Positions 60,014 to 64,000 of a DNA stretch of 64,000 nucleotides are shown here, piece after piece; positions within the stretch are counted from its first letter, which is position 1, and the number at the start of each line of letters is the position of its first letter. Below the pieces are notes generated by a model. It saw nothing but the letters and a program-made list of their open reading frames with translations. It ran no database searches and had not been told where the DNA came from. Source of the stretch: an uncultured bacterium (lineage in GTDB: Bacteria > Babelota > Babeliae > Babelales > Babelaceae); NCBI GenBank assembly GCA_963722385.1, contig CAVRKK010000001.1:1-64000 (forward strand), given 5' to 3'. The translations under genes and the position numbers were made by a program.

Positions 60014-61276
60014 CTATTGAAGTGATTTATCATGTGGCTGCTCATATGCCTGTTGGTATAAAAATGGTATATTTTGAAAACTGAGGCGAATTGCGCCCTC
60101 CTGGTTTTGAGCTGTCCTTTGGTCGTTTGAGAGCAGGCCGGCAATAGATCCATAACCATTTTGACGAGCATAATCAAGTGGAGTGAAACCAAGAGTGTCG
60201 CGAATTTGGGGATTGGTTAGCGGATGGCTGAGTAAGGCTGCTACCATACCAACATTGTTGCGTAAAGTAGCGAGATGGAGCGCGGTATAGCCGGCTGTAT
60301 TCTGAACATTGGTGTTAATTCGATAGTCCCATAAAAGCAACCAAGTTAATTCAAGGTTATTCATGGTTGCTAAACGGTGCAAAGCAGTAGTTCCGCGATG
60401 GTCTTGAGCATTGGGATCTGTTTGATGGTCATTAAGCAGTATTTTTACCTTTTGAATATCATTGTTTAATACAGCGAAGTGTAGGGGTAAAAGCATGCTT
60501 TTTATAAAATATTCATGCTCTAATTGGGAAATTTTATCGTCGATTGGATCTTTGGTTAAATCTATAATGGGCGGTTGTTGTACGCCTGAGTCTTCTGTGC
60601 CGATATGCTCTAATGCTTCTGCAACGCTAGCAGTCTGGCAAAGTTCCAGCGGTCTGGGCGATAGGTTGTTCAAATTCTGGCTGCCGGGTGCTTTTCTCGG
60701 GCGAAATGACTTGGCACCGAGGCGGTAGAGCTGTCTAACGGCATCTCTGTTGTTAGCATCAGATGCAATCGCTAAAGGAGACATTTGGTCATTATTTAAG
60801 CTATTGAGAGCACTAATTGTTGTTCCTGAAATCAGCTTTTGTACGCTCAATATTTTTATGACCCCTGCTCGGTTATGTGGTGCCGCTAGATGAAGGGGGG
60901 TATTGCCATAGTTATCCCTTGCTAGAAGCATTTTTACGTGTTTATCATTGTTGTGCAAAAAGCGCTCAATGAGCTCAGCATTACCCTCTATTGCCAAATA
61001 ATGAAGTAACGTACGGCCCTGAATATCTCTTTGTTCCTGAAAATTATACCCGAGCGATAGCAACGTCGTTAAATAAGGGATGCCTTCACGGATAATGTCA
61101 TGAGCCAATTCTTCGAACAAAAAAATTTGGCTAGGTTCTTGTTCGGTATCATCTAATATTTCAATTATGTTATTCTGATCAGGGTTCCAAGAATCGGGTT
61201 TTTCCATGCCCAACAAATATGAGGGGAAGGAGCAAAAAAAGAGGGTGAGGCCGAAGTAATAGGTACCGAATTTCAT
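60014..61276 (-). CDS. Secreted ankyrin-repeat protein (paralog of 8150-9646)
   Basis: GRTLLHYLAIEGNAELI, GNTPLHLAA, GTTALH, GYTALHLA, GFTPLDYA; leader ending LLGME. Confidence 0.92.
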   Translation of the reverse strand: MKFGTYYFGLTLFFCSFPSYLLGMEKPDSWNPDQNNIIEILDDTEQEPSQIFLFEELAHDIIREGIPYLTTLLSLGYNFQEQRDIQGRTLLHYLAIEGNAELIERFLHNNDKHVKMLLARDNYGNTPLHLAAPHNRAGVIKILSVQKLISGTTISALNSLNNDQMSPLAIASDANNRDAVRQLYRLGAKSFRPRKAPGSQNLNNLSPRPLELCQTASVAEALEHIGTEDSGVQQPPIIDLTKDPIDDKISQLEHEYFIKSMLLPLHFAVLNNDIQKVKILLNDHQTDPNAQDHRGTTALHRLATMNNLELTWLLLWDYRINTNVQNTAGYTALHLATLRNNVGMVAALLSHPLTNPQIRDTLGFTPLDYARQNGYGSIAGLLSNDQRTAQNQEGAIRLSFQNIPFLYQQAYEQPHDKSLQ

Positions 61277-61513
61277 AAGCTTTTTTAAATCTAAAAATTA
61301 TTTACAGTCTTTATTAATTATAGTTAAAAATGATTATAAGTCAACAAATATGGTACTTATCTATAATACTTATAGTAATTTTGAAAAGACGGGGTCAGCT
61401 TTGATTATAGGGTTATTATTCGCTTGCATGCTGATTTTGTAAGCAGGTTGCGAATTGGCCTAGGGGATTCATTCAGGAAGTAGCTTTATCCTAAGAGTCT
61501 ATATAAATAACCC

Positions 61514-61550
61514 TTGACACAAAAGTAATACTTGTATTACTTGATTACTA
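61514..61550 (+). promoter_or_regulatory. TA promoter with palindromic operator
   Basis: TTGACA at 61514 followed by AAGTAATAC-TT-GTATTACTT (61523-61542). Confidence 0.6.
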
Positions 61551-61578
61551 TAAAGCTATCATATACAAGTTGTTGTCG

Positions 61579-61806
61579 ATGAGAAATTCTAAATTAACTT
61601 CGAAATGTCAAGCAATTATCCTAAGGAAAAAGCTACAATTTAAACCAGGTGATGCAATTTCATTTTATGTAGGGTCGAATGGTTCGATTATTATAAAAAA
61701 AGCTATGTATTTTGATAATGCTTATGCTCGAGCATTAAATGGTTTGTTAAGTGAATGGGAATCAGAAGAGGATGAACTAGCTTATGAAGATTTACAAATC
61801 ATATAA
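61579..61806 (+). CDS. AbrB/MazE family antitoxin
   Basis: SKLTSK.Q....RK.L..KPGD.I.F; LSEW.S.EDE.AY.DL tail. Confidence 0.85.
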   Translation: MRNSKLTSKCQAIILRKKLQFKPGDAISFYVGSNGSIIIKKAMYFDNAYARALNGLLSEWESEEDELAYEDLQII

Positions 61807-61873
61807 AGCTTACGACGTTATTCTCACACCTTTTCCCTTTACCGATAGCGAGCTTGCATTTCAGCCCGGATAG
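61784..61873 (+). pseudogene. PemK/MazF toxin N-terminal remnant
   Basis: MKIYKSYKAYDVILTPFPFTDSE then a stop before the K.RP catalytic motif. Confidence 0.7.
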
Positions 61874-61935
61874 TCCTTGCTATTTTTTCACGAATATAGT
61901 AATTCTAGAACAAGCACTTAAAAAAGGAGAGAGAA

Positions 61936-62745
61936 ATGGCTATAATCAATAAAGTTGTATTTGCTTGCTTAATGGCTTGTTCATCATTTGTGGTTTTTCA
62001 AGCCAGAGCGATTGGCGGAACCACAGCAGCAGCGGCAATAGGAGCTGCTGGCGCTGCCTTAGAAATTTCCTTGGCAAATAATTTTCGGCCGGTAATAGGG
62101 CTTGCACATGGGCTCGGGCTCAGCAACACCGAAGCTCAAGTAGCTATAGCCTTATTTACGCCATTGCTTGCTCTCGAGGCCTATGGCAATAAATCTCTAT
62201 TCTGGGCTAAATGGGCAGCGGTTATTATTGCGGTCTCTAAGATTGTTGAGCGACAGATGAGCGCGACGCGTGGTCATATCGATCACCGGCATGTCGGCTT
62301 TATGACAGCGCTCATTGCGATAGCAGTGTACACTTTGGTGCAAAACGGCGTGAAGATCTCGGAGCAAGCGATATCTGATTTTATCGCCATGTTTTTTACG
62401 GTATTTGGCTCGCTCAAATTAATGAATTTAAAAGATTTTGCGGACCCTTTTAGCCATTACGACATTGTTGCTTCAGCCATTGTAATTCTTGCCTATGTCT
62501 ATCCCTTTATTGAGTTTGGCGTGGGCGCAGCATACTTGAGTGATCTTTGGGTCAAAACGACAAAATACGTTACGCTGGGCCTTTCTATCGAGGGTGTATT
62601 AAGTGCTCTTCGTAAATTAATAGGCGAAAGAGGCCATGGACGGGGGCATGTGCATAAAATTCTTGGTATGCCAATAGTGCCGCTTTCTGTTATTGAGACA
62701 GCGCTTATGACTGCCATGGCTTGGATTGGATGGCGCTCTGCCTGA
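61936..62745 (+). CDS. Multi-pass membrane protein with a MauE/DoxX-like C-terminal domain
   Basis: F..F...FF.VF..LKL.NL..FA..F..YDIVA...AYVYPFIE..G motif. Confidence 0.65.
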   Translation: MAIINKVVFACLMACSSFVVFQARAIGGTTAAAAIGAAGAALEISLANNFRPVIGLAHGLGLSNTEAQVAIALFTPLLALEAYGNKSLFWAKWAAVIIAVSKIVERQMSATRGHIDHRHVGFMTALIAIAVYTLVQNGVKISEQAISDFIAMFFTVFGSLKLMNLKDFADPFSHYDIVASAIVILAYVYPFIEFGVGAAYLSDLWVKTTKYVTLGLSIEGVLSALRKLIGERGHGRGHVHKILGMPIVPLSVIETALMTAMAWIGWRSA

Positions 62746-62755
62746 TTCAGCCCTT

Positions 62756-63953
62756 TCAAGTTTTATGAGATTTGGGTTGAGTTATTACGTCGACAAGGTT
62801 GCCCGACGCTTCCCAGCCGATTAAATGGCCTTGCTTTCTTGTTTGTGTTTCGCTATCTCCATAGACGACAAAGCTATCGAGGGGATTTGCGCCTGTTAAA
62901 TCATGCCAGTAGGTAAGTCCCTTAAAAAATCTGGTGTAATCGTCATGCCTGATTTAATTTCTACGGGGTACTGGGTTGTGCCTTCATCAACGATACAGTC
63001 AATCTCATGTGCGCCTCCTTGATCGCGCCAAAAGTAAAGAGGAGGCCGTATGCCTTTATTAACGTATTGTTTGTATAGGTCAGAAATAATGAGCGATTCG
63101 AACAATGCTTCTCTGAATGGCGATAACGCCAGCGTATCAGGTGAGGTTAGTCTGAGAAGAGAACATGCAAGCCCTGTATCAAAGAAGTAAAGTTTTGGTG
63201 TCTTAACAAGCCGTTTATTAAAATTTTTGAAGTATGGCTGGAGGAGAAAAATAATATAACTTGCTTGAAGAATCGACAACCAATGTCGCATAGTTGGAAA
63301 AGATACGCCTGCTTCAGTAGCGAGGGCATCGATGTTAAGTAATTGTCCAACTCTTCCTGCACACAATTGAATAAAGCGCTGAAATGTTGATAAATTTCCT
63401 ACATTGATTAAGTGCCGTATGTCGTGCTCGATATACGATTGTATATAAGAAGGATAAAGATTTTCTGGTGCAAGATCCTCATCGTAGAGACGCGGATATC
63501 CTCCCTTAATAATGACGTCATTAATCTGGGTACTTAAAAGCTTGTTTTCGTTTAGTTCGTTGAGTGATAAGGGAAGCAAGTTAAGAATCCCAACCCTGCC
63601 AGCAAGCGATTCGGTGATTGCTTTATTAACGAGAAAGTTTTGAGAACCCGTCAAAACGAAGTATCCGGGTCTTTTTTTAACATCTACCGTTAATTTGATG
63701 TAAGTAGCGAGTTTTGGCGCGTATTGAAACTCATCGAGGATGATTCCATACTCATTTTCATATGTTTGTAAAAAATGCTCAGGGTCTTCGAGCGCAAAAG
63801 ATCTGACTGCTTCGTTATCAAGGGACAGAAATTTGTGATGGGAAAGGTTGACCTAACAAGGGTTGTTTTTCCTGCCTGTCTTGGACCCAGAAGAGCGATA
63901 ATGGGGAATTTGGCGTAGCGTAGCAGGGTTTTTGAGAGATCTCTTTTGAACAT
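62756..63953 (-). pseudogene. AAA_14/DUF4143 ATPase with two frameshifts (about 63841 and about 62927)
   Basis: Walker A in ORF 63690-63953; Walker B (ILDEFQ) and body in the next frame; C-terminus (FFKGLTYW...VVYG...W) in a third frame ending at 62756. Confidence 0.85.
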
Positions 63954-64000
63954 TGCCAGTTTTTTTTTGTTATTTCTAAGTTAAACTTAGGATCTACAGA

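Overview
Chromosomal window from an AT-rich, probably host-associated bacterium. Many signal-peptide ankyrin proteins, eukaryote-like enzymes and an archaeal/eukaryote-type ATP-dependent DNA ligase suggest Candidatus Dependentiae (TM6/Babeliae); this is inference, not proof. Intact housekeeping genes (mutS, lig, rodA, ruvB, yebC, yicC, maf, dnaE, tRNA-His, tRNA-Pro) and an ArgR-regulated amino-acid ABC operon are interleaved with a large, partly decaying secretome: 4 ankyrin proteins, two families of beta-propeller repeat proteins, small Cys-rich and Tyr-rich peptides, a GT34-Sel1 fusion, secreted Ppx-like and AAMDC-like proteins, GH3 and NAGPA glycosidases. There are also four toxin-antitoxin loci, three AAA_14/DUF4143 paralogs and a TnpB remnant. 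Most notable unexplained signals: (i) a dispersed family of GC-rich 150-200 nt intergenic elements (about 30.0-30.5, 43.6-43.8 and 58.1-58.2 kb) with covarying stems; (ii) an unrecognised ~70-aa YNxLRE...IDxxWL repeat domain shared by two distant ORFs; (iii) a recurrent signal peptide + Met-Glu/Asp N-terminus on candidate effectors; (iv) a TrmH-MarR fusion. No CRISPR array or rRNA seen.
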